Assembly: GCA_051747965.1 (NCBI GenBank)
Contig: JBNJGS010000006.1
Span: 178 to 64,177 of the forward strand
Direction of reading: 5' to 3'
DNA: 64,000 nt
Source of the DNA: Bacteroidota bacterium
GTDB taxonomy: Bacteria > Bacteroidota > Bacteroidia > Bacteroidales > ML635J-15
Shown: one piece after another, positions 47,841 through 59,183 of the stretch
Layout: each line of letters begins with the position of its first letter
Position numbering within the stretch: the first letter of the stretch is position 1
The notes under the pieces: generated by a model
What the model saw: the letters and a program-made list of their open reading frames with translations, nothing else
Databases searched by the model: none
What the model was told of the DNA's origin: nothing
Program-made: the position numbers and the translations under genes

Positions 47841-49733
47841 ATGTGTGGAATAACAGGTGTATTTTCGTTCAACCAGGCGGGTACAGATTTTGACAGGTAC
47901 ACGCAAAATGCAGTGGAAACGCTAAAAATGCGTGGCCCGGACATTCAATTAACCCACAGTGATGGTCCGGTGAGTATCGGACATTCAAGGCTGTCAATCA
48001 TTGACCCGGGAGAACAAAGCAATCAACCTTTCCTGAGCAGGGACGGCAGAATAGCCGTTGCTTTCAACGGGGAGTTTTACAATCACAAATCATTCAGAAA
48101 AGAGCTCCGGCACGAGGGCTATGAATTCACCACTGAATCAGATGCAGAAGTGGTACTTCAATTGTACCGTAAGTGCGGCACTGACTTTGTCAGATATATC
48201 AATGGTTGCTTTGCTCTGGCCATATGGGACAGTAACAAATCGCAGCTTTTCATTGCCCGTGACAGAATGGGTATAAAGCCTCTGTACTATTATCATGGGG
48301 ATGATTTTTTGGCCTTTGGCTCTGAAATGAAGGCACTTTTGTCCTATCCTGTACCCAGAGACCTGGACACTGCCAGCCTGTATGCTTATTTTCAGCTCAA
48401 TTACATTCCGGACAACCGGAGTATGTTACAGGATGTTTTTATGCTCAGACCGGGCAGCAGTATGATTATTACACGTGAAGGCATTACAGAAAACACATGG
48501 TACCGGCTTCCCCGGACGGAGATTGGCCAGACACCGGAGTTTTCATACGAGGAAGCCATCACTGAACTCAGAAAGCAGCTTGACAATTCTGTCAGCCGCA
48601 GGCTGATGTCGGATGTTCCCCTGGGTACTTTTCTCAGTGGCGGCATAGACTCTTCTGTAGTGACTGCCCTGGCAACACAGCACAGCAAGAACCTGCATAC
48701 CTACTCACTGGGGTTCAAAGACGAAGCCTGGTTTGACGAAACTGAAAAGGCAGAAATGCTGGCAAAAAAGTTCAACACAAATCACCACAGTTTCAAAATC
48801 AGCAATCAGGATATGCTGAATGACCTTCCTGAGGTACTGAACTATCTCGATGAACCATTTGCAGATTCTTCAGCACTCGCGGTATACAGTTTGAGCAAAC
48901 TTACAGCCAAAGATGTCAGGGTTGCCCTCAGTGGTGATGGTGCTGATGAGCTTTTTGCCGGATACAACAAACATCTGGCTCACAAAAGAGCCGCCGGGAA
49001 AAGTCCCGGCAACCGCATGCTTAAAGCCGGCGGTTTTCTGTGGAAATCACTCCCGCAATCAAGGCAGGGAAAGATCAGCAACCGGCTAAGGCAAATCAAC
49101 CGATATTCCGCCGGACTGCAGCTCAAGGCCGAAGAAAGGTACTGGCTGTGGTGTAGCCTCAGCAATGAAAAAAACGTATCAGCACTACTCAGGCTGCAGC
49201 CTGATATGGAAAGCTATCATGCCAGAAAAAGCAGTTTACTGAGCAACATCAAAGCCCGTCCTGATGATTTGCAGGAAATTCTGCATACGGATATGCGAAT
49301 GGTATTGCCATATGACATGCTTTATAAGGTGGATATGATGTCAATGGCAAACAGCCTGGAGGTAAGAACACCTTTCCTTGATCATCACGTGGTGGACTTT
49401 GCATTCAGCTTGCCATTTGAGTATAAGCTGTATCAATCAACCAAAAAACGCATATTAAAGGACAGTTTTGCCGGAGAGATTCCTGCAGAACTGCTAAAAA
49501 AACCCAAACAGGGTTTTGAAGTACCCTTGCTGAAATGGTTCCGTAATGACCTGGCAGGCAAGCTTGAAAAAGAAGTATTTAACCGGGAATTTCTGGAAGA
49601 ACAGGGGATTTTCCAGCCTGAAGCTGTCATGCAGATGAAAAGGCAACTGCACAGCAAAAATCCGGGAGACATACATGCCCGCATTTGGGCATTGCTGGTA
49701 TTTCAAAACTGGTACAGAAAAACCATTATCTAA
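47841..49733 (+). CDS. asnB: asparagine synthase (glutamine-hydrolysing) family amidotransferase
   Basis: 630 aa. N-terminal MCGI nucleophile. SGGIDSS PP-loop motif. Confidence 0.9.
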   Translation: MCGITGVFSFNQAGTDFDRYTQNAVETLKMRGPDIQLTHSDGPVSIGHSRLSIIDPGEQSNQPFLSRDGRIAVAFNGEFYNHKSFRKELRHEGYEFTTESDAEVVLQLYRKCGTDFVRYINGCFALAIWDSNKSQLFIARDRMGIKPLYYYHGDDFLAFGSEMKALLSYPVPRDLDTASLYAYFQLNYIPDNRSMLQDVFMLRPGSSMIITREGITENTWYRLPRTEIGQTPEFSYEEAITELRKQLDNSVSRRLMSDVPLGTFLSGGIDSSVVTALATQHSKNLHTYSLGFKDEAWFDETEKAEMLAKKFNTNHHSFKISNQDMLNDLPEVLNYLDEPFADSSALAVYSLSKLTAKDVRVALSGDGADELFAGYNKHLAHKRAAGKSPGNRMLKAGGFLWKSLPQSRQGKISNRLRQINRYSAGLQLKAEERYWLWCSLSNEKNVSALLRLQPDMESYHARKSSLLSNIKARPDDLQEILHTDMRMVLPYDMLYKVDMMSMANSLEVRTPFLDHHVVDFAFSLPFEYKLYQSTKKRILKDSFAGEIPAELLKKPKQGFEVPLLKWFRNDLAGKLEKEVFNREFLEEQGIFQPEAVMQMKRQLHSKNPGDIHARIWALLVFQNWYRKTII

Positions 49734-50917
49734 TGCCAAAAATACTAAGAATAATCAACCGGTTTAACCTCGGTGGCCCTACCTACAATGTGGCCTACCT
49801 GAGCAAATATATGACACCGGAATTTGAAACCCTGCTGATCGGAGGTAAGAACGGCAAGTCTGAGGGCTCCTCAAATTACATAGTACAAAACCTTGGTCTG
49901 CATCCCATCATCATTCCTGAAATGCAAAGGGAAATCAACTACCGCAATGATTATCTTGCCTATCAGAAAATCAAAAACATCATTAAAAGGTATCAGCCTG
50001 ATATTGTACATACCCATGCTTCAAAAGCCGGTGTACTTGGTCGGCTGGCAGCCAGCCGGCAAAATGTTCCTGTCATCGTACATACCTTTCATGGTCACGT
50101 TTTTCATTCCTATTTCAGCAAATCAAAATCAAGATTTTACAAGGGCATAGAGCGAAATCTGGCAAAAAAAACAACCAAAATCATTGCCATCAGTGACATT
50201 CAAAAGCAAGAACTTTCCATTGACCATGGCATAGCTGGAGAGAAGAATATCAGTGTGATTCCCCTGGGTTTCGATCTGGAAAGATTTCAAACAGATTATT
50301 GTTCAAAACGACACAGCTTCAGGGAGCATTACGGCATTGCTGATGATGTTGTTTCCATTGGCATTGTGGGACGCCTTGTCAGCGTAAAAAATCATGAACT
50401 TTTCATCAATGCACTGGCCAGGGCCAGGCAAGTTACCAATAAAAAATTTGAAGCCTATATCATAGGTGACGGGGAGCTTAAAGAGAAACTGATTGCTCAG
50501 GCAAGAAACATTGGTTTGACTGTCAGTGAAAATCCTGCCAAAGGCTTAACCGCTGAGGTCAACTTCACTTCATGGATAAAAAATATCGACTGGGCGTTTG
50601 CAGGGCTGGATATTGCCTGTCTCACTTCGCATAATGAAGGAACACCTGTAAGCCTGATTGAAGCCCAGGCAGCCAATACACCGATTGTATCCACCAATGT
50701 AGGAGGAATTGAGAACGCAGTAATACCTGGCAGAACAGCTTTACTTTCTGAAAACAACCAATTGGAAGGCTTTTTCAAAAATCTAGTTGAAATGATTAAC
50801 AATGAAACACTCAGAAAACATATGGCAACACAGGGGTGGCCTTTTGTGAAAGACAAATTTCACTATACAAGGCTTGTAGAGGATATGTCAAAGCTTTACA
50901 ATCAATTAATGCCTTAG
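49733..50917 (+). CDS. glycosyltransferase family 4 (GT-B)
   Basis: Start trimmed to ATG 49733 (TAATG overlap with the asnB stop). GGP N-terminal motif. C-terminal EGTPVSLIEAQAANTPIVSTNVGG (E-x7-E type). Confidence 0.88.
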   Translation: MPKILRIINRFNLGGPTYNVAYLSKYMTPEFETLLIGGKNGKSEGSSNYIVQNLGLHPIIIPEMQREINYRNDYLAYQKIKNIIKRYQPDIVHTHASKAGVLGRLAASRQNVPVIVHTFHGHVFHSYFSKSKSRFYKGIERNLAKKTTKIIAISDIQKQELSIDHGIAGEKNISVIPLGFDLERFQTDYCSKRHSFREHYGIADDVVSIGIVGRLVSVKNHELFINALARARQVTNKKFEAYIIGDGELKEKLIAQARNIGLTVSENPAKGLTAEVNFTSWIKNIDWAFAGLDIACLTSHNEGTPVSLIEAQAANTPIVSTNVGGIENAVIPGRTALLSENNQLEGFFKNLVEMINNETLRKHMATQGWPFVKDKFHYTRLVEDMSKLYNQLMP

Positions 50918-50971
50918 CTGGCTTTTGTTTCATCATTTTTATTACTTTTGAAAAGATAAAATGAACGGCAT

Positions 50972-51757
50972 ATGCTCAGGGACAAAAAGAAAATCATCAT
51001 ACTTTTTAGCTTCATGCTGATAATCATGGGATTTGAGTCATGTCAGGTTCTCAGGCCATCTGAGATGTTTCAGATCGAGGATGATTATCCACTGGCAGAA
51101 TTTGAAAGCAGTCAGAAAGAATATAAAATCAAACCCTTTGACAAACTTGCTTTGAGAATAACCACCAACGAAGGTTTTGCTCTGGTGGGTCTGGCGAATG
51201 ACCAAAGATCCGGTGGCAGCGGTAATTCAAATGAAAGACAGCGTGGACTGGAATATCTTGTAGAATACGATGGGCTGATCAAACTTCCAACACTGGGGAG
51301 GGTGAAGGTTTCCGGTATGACAATCCGTGAGGCAGAAACCTTTCTTGAGGAAAAGTACTCGGAATATTATCAGGAGCCTTTTGTTTTGATGGAAGTAACC
51401 AACCGGAAAGTAATTATTTTCAAAGACGGAGGCACCAGTGGAACAGTATTGACCATTCCATCAGAAAATCTAACACTTATTGAAGCCCTGGCCCAGTCAG
51501 GCGGCATCACAGATATCAGTAAAGCATACCGCATAAAACTCATCCGCGGTGATTTGACCGGCGACCCCAAGGTATACTATTATGATGTATCAGCACTGAA
51601 AGAATTGCAGGACACCAACATTTTACTGCAGGCCAATGATGTAATTTATGTGGAAAGTAAACCGAAATATGTAAACCGTGTTCTTACAGAAATAAGCCCG
51701 TATTTAACGCTTTTGACTACAGGACTGACAGTGTATGGACTTTTTATTGCAAATTAG
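50972..51757 (+). CDS. polysaccharide export outer membrane protein (Wza-like)
   Basis: 261 aa with a signal/lipobox-like ESC. Poly_export motif Y.I.P.D.L.I. SLBB-like region LIEALAQSGGITD. Confidence 0.85.
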   Translation: MLRDKKKIIILFSFMLIIMGFESCQVLRPSEMFQIEDDYPLAEFESSQKEYKIKPFDKLALRITTNEGFALVGLANDQRSGGSGNSNERQRGLEYLVEYDGLIKLPTLGRVKVSGMTIREAETFLEEKYSEYYQEPFVLMEVTNRKVIIFKDGGTSGTVLTIPSENLTLIEALAQSGGITDISKAYRIKLIRGDLTGDPKVYYYDVSALKELQDTNILLQANDVIYVESKPKYVNRVLTEISPYLTLLTTGLTVYGLFIAN

Positions 51758-51763
51758 GCTTTT

Positions 51764-54244
51764 ATGAACCAGCGAAAGATACCCGTCATCAATCAGAAAT
51801 TTGACTTTTTCACCTTTATGAAGGTGTTAAGAAAGAGTCTCTGGATCATTGGTATCTGCCTGGTAACAGGTATTATTACTGGTTTTTTATACATCAGATA
51901 CACTCCCCCGGTATATCAATCCAGCTCCGTATTACAAGTCAGCACAAAAAACAAGACCAATGAGATACTGGGCATTGATGACATGTACGAAACAGGCCTG
52001 GACCCTGTCATTGAGCTTATCCGTTCCAAAGAATTTCTGAAACGCTGTTTTCATTTACTGCCTTTGGAAGTATCCTATTATAAACAAGGAACCTTTCTTT
52101 CCAATGAATTGTACCGGAGCTCTCCCTTTGAAGTAAACTATCAAATCACCAACCAGTCTCTGCTTGACAATGAAATCAGGCTGGAATTCAGTCAGGGTAA
52201 TATTCTGATTAAATATGAAATTTCAGGCAGGAAATACGAATTCAAACTGGAGCCAAACAAGTGGCATGATATCGAAGGTGGGCAAATAAAAATTAAGGTA
52301 TCAGATTATGATCAAATTAATTTTTACCAGAATCAGCTAAATAAAAGCGGATATTATTTTGTCATCAATTCTGCCAAGAAAATTCTCAGCAAATACTCCA
52401 ACAACCTGAGCATAAATATTCTAAACAAGTCAGCAGGTACTATAGAAATAAGTTTCATTGATAAAAATGCACGAAAAACCGCCGATGTTGTCAACACCAT
52501 CAGTTCGGAATTTATCAAATATGATATTGAAAAGAAAAAAGAAGGAGCCAACAATATCATTACCTATATTGACAAGCAATTAGACATTGTTTTTACGCAA
52601 CTGGATTCTACGGAAAAACAATTGCATGATTTTAAGAAAAACAATAAAATTACCGGCAGCAGCATCATCAATCAAAACCAACAGCAGGGAAATTACAATA
52701 CTAGGGGCCTTCCGACAGCTGTTTCCCGCATAACAGATCTTGAAAATGAATCCATCAATCTGGAATTTGAAATCCGCACATTACGGCATATAGCCAATGA
52801 GATCAAATCAGAAGAAGACGTCAATGTATATGAATTGATGGCCTTACTTAGTGGCACACACAGTGAATCGTTCATGAAAAGCATGCTCAATTCCATGCTG
52901 GACCTGTACAATCAACGCAGCATTTTGCTCAACGATGTGACAGAGGAGAATCACAAAATCAAAACCATTGATAAACAGATTGCCACAAAAAAAACGCAGA
53001 TTATTGATTTCCTGAAATCCAATATAGATCAACTGGAACAAAGCCGAGAGAACTACCAGGGGAAAATCCGGGAGATTGAAGCCAAAGCATACAGTGATTC
53101 ATCTTATCAGGAAATTGAATATTCCAGACTTCAGCGCTTATTTGATATCAATGAGAACTTTTATCATCAGCTGATTCAAAAAAAGGCTGAATACATGATC
53201 AGCCAGGCAGGCTATGTTTCTGACAACACCATACTGGAAAATGCCACTGTACCACGCTACAGGCTGAAGCCCTCCAGAAAAAATGTTGCCCTCATGGTCA
53301 TCCTGCTGGTTATTTTTATCAGTTTCCTGATCATACTTATCCGCTACCTTTTTTACAACAAAATCAGCACAATACAGGAAATTGCCAATTTCACGGACAT
53401 TCCGGTGATAGGTGCCATCCCATTGCATTCATATAAGTCAGAACACTCCAGGCTGCTGGTGCATAAGAATCCAAAGTCCATGTTGACAGAATCTTTCAGG
53501 AACATCCGCTCCAATATGGAGTTTCTGGTGGAACAGGAAAAATCATCTGTCATCACGATATCTTCCACCATTTCGGGTGAAGGCAAAACATTTGTAGCCA
53601 TCAACCTGAGCGGAATACTTGCAATGACAAACAAAAAAGTGGTTTTGCTTGATCTTGACCTGAGAAAGCCCCGACTACACAAGTCATTTGACTGCGAAAA
53701 CAACAAAGGCATCAGTACCATACTCATCAACAAGCACTCCATTGAGGAATGTGTACATAAAACGGAAATCAACACACTGGACCTGCTCACTTCCGGCCCG
53801 ATCCCCCCCAATCCATCGGAACTCATTCTTACAAAGAGATTTAACCAGATGCTGGAGGATCTGAAACAACGCTATGATTACATTGTCATTGATACTCCGC
53901 CGGTTGGTATTGTAACCGATGCCATCAGATCTTTCCAGGATTCTGACTATGCACTGTACATTACCAGAGCAAGCCACTCACCAAGGACATTCATATCATA
54001 TATCAACAACCTGGCCGAAAGCAAATCCCTGACCAACCTGAGCCTTATTCTCAACGGCATGGACGAATCATCAGGAAAATACGGGTACGGATATGGCTAC
54101 CATTACGGATATTCCTACGGGTATGGTCCCTCCTACGGATATAAAGATTATATCAAAAGTAACGATTACTATGATGAGCCAGGCAGAAAAAGACGAAGAT
54201 TTAGCATCAAACGCATTTTTAACAAAAAACGCAAAAACCAATGA
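51764..54244 (+). CDS. polysaccharide biosynthesis tyrosine autokinase / chain-length determinant (Wzc-like)
   Basis: 826 aa. Wzz-type N-terminus with two TM helices and a coiled-coil. Walker A SGEGKT, A' LLDLDLRKP, B YIVIDTPP. C-terminal Tyr cluster. Confidence 0.88.
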   Translation: MNQRKIPVINQKFDFFTFMKVLRKSLWIIGICLVTGIITGFLYIRYTPPVYQSSSVLQVSTKNKTNEILGIDDMYETGLDPVIELIRSKEFLKRCFHLLPLEVSYYKQGTFLSNELYRSSPFEVNYQITNQSLLDNEIRLEFSQGNILIKYEISGRKYEFKLEPNKWHDIEGGQIKIKVSDYDQINFYQNQLNKSGYYFVINSAKKILSKYSNNLSINILNKSAGTIEISFIDKNARKTADVVNTISSEFIKYDIEKKKEGANNIITYIDKQLDIVFTQLDSTEKQLHDFKKNNKITGSSIINQNQQQGNYNTRGLPTAVSRITDLENESINLEFEIRTLRHIANEIKSEEDVNVYELMALLSGTHSESFMKSMLNSMLDLYNQRSILLNDVTEENHKIKTIDKQIATKKTQIIDFLKSNIDQLEQSRENYQGKIREIEAKAYSDSSYQEIEYSRLQRLFDINENFYHQLIQKKAEYMISQAGYVSDNTILENATVPRYRLKPSRKNVALMVILLVIFISFLIILIRYLFYNKISTIQEIANFTDIPVIGAIPLHSYKSEHSRLLVHKNPKSMLTESFRNIRSNMEFLVEQEKSSVITISSTISGEGKTFVAINLSGILAMTNKKVVLLDLDLRKPRLHKSFDCENNKGISTILINKHSIEECVHKTEINTLDLLTSGPIPPNPSELILTKRFNQMLEDLKQRYDYIVIDTPPVGIVTDAIRSFQDSDYALYITRASHSPRTFISYINNLAESKSLTNLSLILNGMDESSGKYGYGYGYHYGYSYGYGPSYGYKDYIKSNDYYDEPGRKRRRFSIKRIFNKKRKNQ

Positions 54245-55308
54245 ATCTGAATCCTTCTCTGCTGCTTATTGTTACATTTTTACTGGCATTAATTACGGGT
54301 TATGCTCTGAATAAATTTTTCCTGAACAGGCCAATAAGATTTCTGGTTAAAAAGGCCAACAAGTCTGCTATACGCTGGAGCAGCCAGTCAAAACCGGTTT
54401 TCGGTGGCATCACTTTTTTTGTTTTATTTATCCTCGCCTTTCTGGTATATATTTTACTGATTGACAGAAATATGGCCTTTGAAGAAAGGTATATAGCATT
54501 GTTTCTGATTGTTATCATTTCGTTTCTGATGGGGCTCTCTGATGATCTGATCAGCACACCACCTTATTTCAAATTTTTCGTACAAATACTTAATGCCGTC
54601 ATCCTGATTTCCTTCGGCATTTTCATTAAAATATCCCCCATTCCGGCAGTAAACTATGGCATTACTGTTTTATGGGTTGTCGGCATCATGAATTCCATCA
54701 ACATGCTGGACAATATGGACTCCATCACCAACCTTGTTTCCCTCTCCATTTTTGGCGGTGTATTTGCACTGATTCTTTTGAACGGCCAGACAGGCTTTAT
54801 GCCATTTTTGATGCTTTTTATAATAGCCGGAAGCCTCAGTTTTCTTTACTTCAACTGGCATCCTTCAAAAATGTATATGGGAGACAACGGGAGCCAGTTC
54901 CTGGGAGCAGTTCTGGCCTTTTTGGGAATCATTTATTTCTGGAATGCAATGCCGATAGAAGCAAGCAGTTTCGGATACAACAGCAAACAGGCAATGATTG
55001 TACTTCTCGCCTTCATTGTTCCGATTTCCGATACCACTACCGTTACCATCAACCGCCTGATGCGCGGACAATCTCCTTTTGTGGGCGGCAGGGATCACAC
55101 AACACATTACCTGTCATATGCAGGACTGAGTGACAGACAAGTGGCCGGACTACTGTTTGCCATCAATACTGTTTCAACAGCACTGGCTTGCTACATCATT
55201 CTTAACACACCAAACTGGAATTCATTATGGTTTTGGTCGTGTTTTACATGGGCTTTTATTATCTTTGTCAGCTTGTTTAGTTTGACAAAAATTGTAAAAC
55301 CCAAATAA
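54241..55308 (+). CDS. MraY/WecA family polyprenyl-phosphate sugar-1-phosphate transferase
   Basis: 355 aa, polytopic. GLSDDL, NSINMLDNMD and MGDNGSQFLG motifs. ATGA overlap with the wzc-like stop. Confidence 0.8.
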   Translation: MNLNPSLLLIVTFLLALITGYALNKFFLNRPIRFLVKKANKSAIRWSSQSKPVFGGITFFVLFILAFLVYILLIDRNMAFEERYIALFLIVIISFLMGLSDDLISTPPYFKFFVQILNAVILISFGIFIKISPIPAVNYGITVLWVVGIMNSINMLDNMDSITNLVSLSIFGGVFALILLNGQTGFMPFLMLFIIAGSLSFLYFNWHPSKMYMGDNGSQFLGAVLAFLGIIYFWNAMPIEASSFGYNSKQAMIVLLAFIVPISDTTTVTINRLMRGQSPFVGGRDHTTHYLSYAGLSDRQVAGLLFAINTVSTALACYIILNTPNWNSLWFWSCFTWAFIIFVSLFSLTKIVKPK

Positions 55309-55313
55309 TAAGA

Positions 55314-56294
55314 ATGACAAAAAAAAGACGATTTTTTATTAATTTTCCGATCTACCTGGTAATAGTGATGCTGGGAGGTTTTGTTGTGATGCAGTTGTTC
55401 CTTGGCTCAAGTGAACAACTACCGCCACCGGACAGCAAAACCGTTGTGGAAAACAACTTTTATGCGGCAAAACAACCCTTGATTCCGGAAAAAATGGAAT
55501 TTGCCGGTGAGTCCGTACCTCTGCATCTCTATGATGTCAGAGAAAGTCTTGACAGAGAAATGATTACAAACTCCTATTACCACTCTTCTACAATACAGAT
55601 ACTTAAACGTGCAGAACGCTATTTCCCATACATTGATTCCGTACTGAAAGCCAACAACATACCTGAGGATTTCAAGTACCTGTGTGTGATAGAAAGCAGT
55701 CTGAAAAATGTAACTTCCCCAGCCGGAGCCAAAGGTTTTTGGCAGTTTATGAAATCTACCGGCAGGGAACATGGGCTGGAGATCAACTCCTATGTTGACG
55801 AACGATACAGTCTTGAAAAGTCCACACAGGCAGCCTGCGAATACCTGCAGGAAGCATATGATATTTTTGGGAGCTGGACACTTGCAGCGGCTGCCTATAA
55901 TATGGGGAAATCCGGTTTAAAACGTCGTGTTAATGAACAGCAGGTAGACAATTATTACGATCTTTATCTGAATGCCGAAACAGCAAGATATGTGTACAGA
56001 ATTCTGGCAATGAAAACCATCATGCCCGATCATGAAAGCTATGGCTTTATGCTAAAGACCGTAGATAAATATGCTGAACACAAACACAGAACGATGATTG
56101 TTGATACAACCATCACAGATCTCGTGGATTTTGCTTTTCAACAAGGGGTGAATTATAAAATTCTCAAAGAATTCAATCCATGGCTCACCAATACTTTTCT
56201 GACAAACAGAACAGGTAAAGAATATAAAATACTCTTGCCTGATCCGGATGTGCGACCCTGCAAACCTGCTGTACCCCAAAGCGAAAAAGAATAA
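55314..56294 (+). CDS. lytic transglycosylase (SLT) domain protein
   Basis: 326 aa with an N-terminal TM helix. IESSL (catalytic Glu), GAKGFWQFM and AAYNMG motifs. Confidence 0.85.
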   Translation: MTKKRRFFINFPIYLVIVMLGGFVVMQLFLGSSEQLPPPDSKTVVENNFYAAKQPLIPEKMEFAGESVPLHLYDVRESLDREMITNSYYHSSTIQILKRAERYFPYIDSVLKANNIPEDFKYLCVIESSLKNVTSPAGAKGFWQFMKSTGREHGLEINSYVDERYSLEKSTQAACEYLQEAYDIFGSWTLAAAAYNMGKSGLKRRVNEQQVDNYYDLYLNAETARYVYRILAMKTIMPDHESYGFMLKTVDKYAEHKHRTMIVDTTITDLVDFAFQQGVNYKILKEFNPWLTNTFLTNRTGKEYKILLPDPDVRPCKPAVPQSEKE

Positions 56295-56342
56295 ACAAAA
56301 GAAATCTCTTGTGCTTAGTAATCAAAGATCACAGGAAGGCTG

Positions 56343-59183
56343 ATGAAGCAGATGGAAACATACATTGACATTGAGGGTGCCAGAGCCCATAATCTAAAAG
56401 ATATCTCCTGCAGTATTCCGCGATATAAGCTTACGGTTGTAACCGGACTCAGTGGAAGCGGGAAGTCATCACTGGCTTTTGACACTATATATGCCGAAGG
56501 GCAGCGCCGTTACCTGGAAACTTTTTCGGCATATGCCAGACAATTTCTCAGTAAGATGGAACGTCCCGAAGTGGACAAAATCACAGGTCTTAGCCCTGTC
56601 ATTGCCATAGAACAGAAAACGACAAGCAAAAATCCCCGCTCTACGGTAGGAACCATCACGGAAATATATGATTACCTGAGGCTGCTGTATGCAAGGGCCG
56701 GTATAGCATACTCCTACAAAACAGGAGCGGAAATGGTACGATACAGTACAGATCAAATCCGGGAGATCATACGAAACGACTACAACAACAAAAAGATCAT
56801 ACTGCTAAGCCCCGTCGTTCGCGGCAGAAAAGGACATTATCAGGAATTGTTCGAACGCATTCGTCAAAAAGGATTTTTGCAGGTACGGGTAGATGGTAAA
56901 ATAACAGACATCAGCCCGGGCATGATGCTTGACCGCTACAAAATTCATCATGTGGAGGTAGTGGTTGACAAGCTGAAAATCAATGAAAAAAGCCTGGGCA
57001 GACTAAAAAAGAGTCTGGAGTTGACACTTGATATGGGTGAAGGCATTGCCATGCTGTATGACATTGAAAATGAGCAAACCCGATTTTTCAGCAAACACTT
57101 AATGTGTCCCGACACGGGGATCTCATACAATGAACCCGCACCCCATAGTTTCTCCTTCAATTCCCCCGAAGGAGCATGTCCAAAATGCAGCGGACTGGGT
57201 GTGGTAAAGGATTTTGATCCCCAAAAAATCATCCCCAATCCGGAGCTGAGTATCAGACAGGGTGGTATTACACCTCTTGGCAAATACAAAAATATGTTGC
57301 TGTTCTGGCAACTTGAAGCTTTGGTAAAACGGTACAATGCCAATCTTGACACCCCATTGTCAAAACTGCCGGAGGAAGCCATAAATGAAATTTTTTATGG
57401 CACAGAAAAACCGCTGCTATTGCAAAACACCCCCCTGGGTGGAGAATCCAAATATGAGCTTCGTTTTGACGGGATCGTCAGTCTGCTGGAAAAAAAATCC
57501 GGCGAGGAGCGAAACCTCAAAAGCAAAAACAAGTGGAGTGAGCAATTTGTACACAACAAAACATGTCCGGTATGCAAGGGGCAACGCCTGAAAAAGGAAT
57601 CCCTGCATTTCCGCATACATGATAAAAACATCGCAGAACTGGCACATATGGAGCTCACGGAGCTTTCCGCCTGGTTTGAGACAGTAGAAGAGCACCTCAG
57701 TAAAAAACAAAAGAAAATAGCCACCGAAGTGCTGAAAGAAATCCGCAGCAGGCTGGGCTTCCTGCTGGATGTCGGGTTGGAGTACCTGGCCCTTGACCGT
57801 CCCGCAAAAAGTTTATCAGGCGGGGAGGCCCAGCGTATCCGGCTGGCAACTCAGGTAGGATCACAGCTCGTCAATGTTTTGTATATCCTTGATGAACCCA
57901 GTATCGGACTTCATCAGAGAGACAATCACAGGCTCATCAATTCACTCAAAAACCTGCGTGACAAAGGCAATTCAATTATGGTAGTGGAGCATGATCAGGC
58001 TATGATAGAAGCCGCTGACCATGTACTGGACCTGGGACCGGGAGCCGGCAATTACGGAGGCAGGATCATGGCTCAGGGAACTCCCGAAGAAGTCAGGCAG
58101 AGTGAAGGTCTGACTGCAGATTATCTGTCAGGCAGGAAGCGGATTCATGTGCCTGATAAACGCAGAAAAGGCAATGGCAAAAAGCTCACAATCAAAGGAT
58201 GCCGGGGCAACAATCTGAAAAATATTGATGTAAGCTTTCCTCTTGGCAAGCTTCTCTGTATTACCGGGGTATCGGGTTCGGGAAAATCAAGTTTAATCGA
58301 CGACACGCTCTACCCTGCCCTCAGCAAACATTTTTACAGATCCCATCAGATGCCACTGGATTATGACAAAATACGCGGCCTTGAAAATATTGACAAGGTC
58401 ATTGAAGTCAACCAGGCCCCATTGGGACGCACCCCACGATCAAACCCCATTACCTATACCGGTATTTTTACTGATATCAGAAAACTCTTTGCTCAACTGC
58501 CCGAAAGCAAAATCCGTGGCTATCAGCTTAGCAGGTTTTCATTCAATGTCAAAGGCGGCAGATGCGAAACATGCAAAGGTGCCGGAAGCATACCAATTGA
58601 AATGAATTTTCTGCCCGATGTCTATGTTGAATGCAGCGAATGTCATGGTAAAAGATACAATAAAGAAACGCTGCAGGTGCGCTACAGGGGAAAATCCATC
58701 AACGATGTACTCAATCTAACGGTTAACCGTTCTGTCGAATTTTTTGAAAACATCCCCAAATTGCAAAACAAATTGAAAGTTTTGCAGGATGTAGGCCTGG
58801 GCTACATCACACTTGGACAGTCCTCAACCAGTCTGTCGGGAGGTGAATCACAACGTGTAAAGCTGGCATCAGAACTAATGAAAAAAGATACCGGCAAGAC
58901 CTTCTACATCCTTGACGAGCCGACCACGGGGCTACATTTTGAAGATGTGCAGGTGCTGATGAATGTACTGGGACAATTGGCTGATAAAGGCAATACCATT
59001 CTTGTTATTGAACACAATCCTGATGTAATCAAACTGGCCGACCACATCATTGATTTGGGGCCGGAAGGTGGCAAAAATGGTGGAGAACTGATGGCCACTG
59101 GAACACCTGAAGAAATTGTCAAAAAAGCAAACACATTCACGGCAGACTTTCTCAAAGATGAACTGTCAAACACAGCCGGTTGA
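56343..59183 (+). CDS. uvrA: excinuclease ABC subunit A
   Basis: 946 aa. GARAHNLK, two Walker A sites ([18 protein letters not shown]), LSGGE.QR signatures, and zinc modules CP.C.G/C..C.G. Confidence 0.97.
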   Translation: MKQMETYIDIEGARAHNLKDISCSIPRYKLTVVTGLSGSGKSSLAFDTIYAEGQRRYLETFSAYARQFLSKMERPEVDKITGLSPVIAIEQKTTSKNPRSTVGTITEIYDYLRLLYARAGIAYSYKTGAEMVRYSTDQIREIIRNDYNNKKIILLSPVVRGRKGHYQELFERIRQKGFLQVRVDGKITDISPGMMLDRYKIHHVEVVVDKLKINEKSLGRLKKSLELTLDMGEGIAMLYDIENEQTRFFSKHLMCPDTGISYNEPAPHSFSFNSPEGACPKCSGLGVVKDFDPQKIIPNPELSIRQGGITPLGKYKNMLLFWQLEALVKRYNANLDTPLSKLPEEAINEIFYGTEKPLLLQNTPLGGESKYELRFDGIVSLLEKKSGEERNLKSKNKWSEQFVHNKTCPVCKGQRLKKESLHFRIHDKNIAELAHMELTELSAWFETVEEHLSKKQKKIATEVLKEIRSRLGFLLDVGLEYLALDRPAKSLSGGEAQRIRLATQVGSQLVNVLYILDEPSIGLHQRDNHRLINSLKNLRDKGNSIMVVEHDQAMIEAADHVLDLGPGAGNYGGRIMAQGTPEEVRQSEGLTADYLSGRKRIHVPDKRRKGNGKKLTIKGCRGNNLKNIDVSFPLGKLLCITGVSGSGKSSLIDDTLYPALSKHFYRSHQMPLDYDKIRGLENIDKVIEVNQAPLGRTPRSNPITYTGIFTDIRKLFAQLPESKIRGYQLSRFSFNVKGGRCETCKGAGSIPIEMNFLPDVYVECSECHGKRYNKETLQVRYRGKSINDVLNLTVNRSVEFFENIPKLQNKLKVLQDVGLGYITLGQSSTSLSGGESQRVKLASELMKKDTGKTFYILDEPTTGLHFEDVQVLMNVLGQLADKGNTILVIEHNPDVIKLADHIIDLGPEGGKNGGELMATGTPEEIVKKANTFTADFLKDELSNTAG

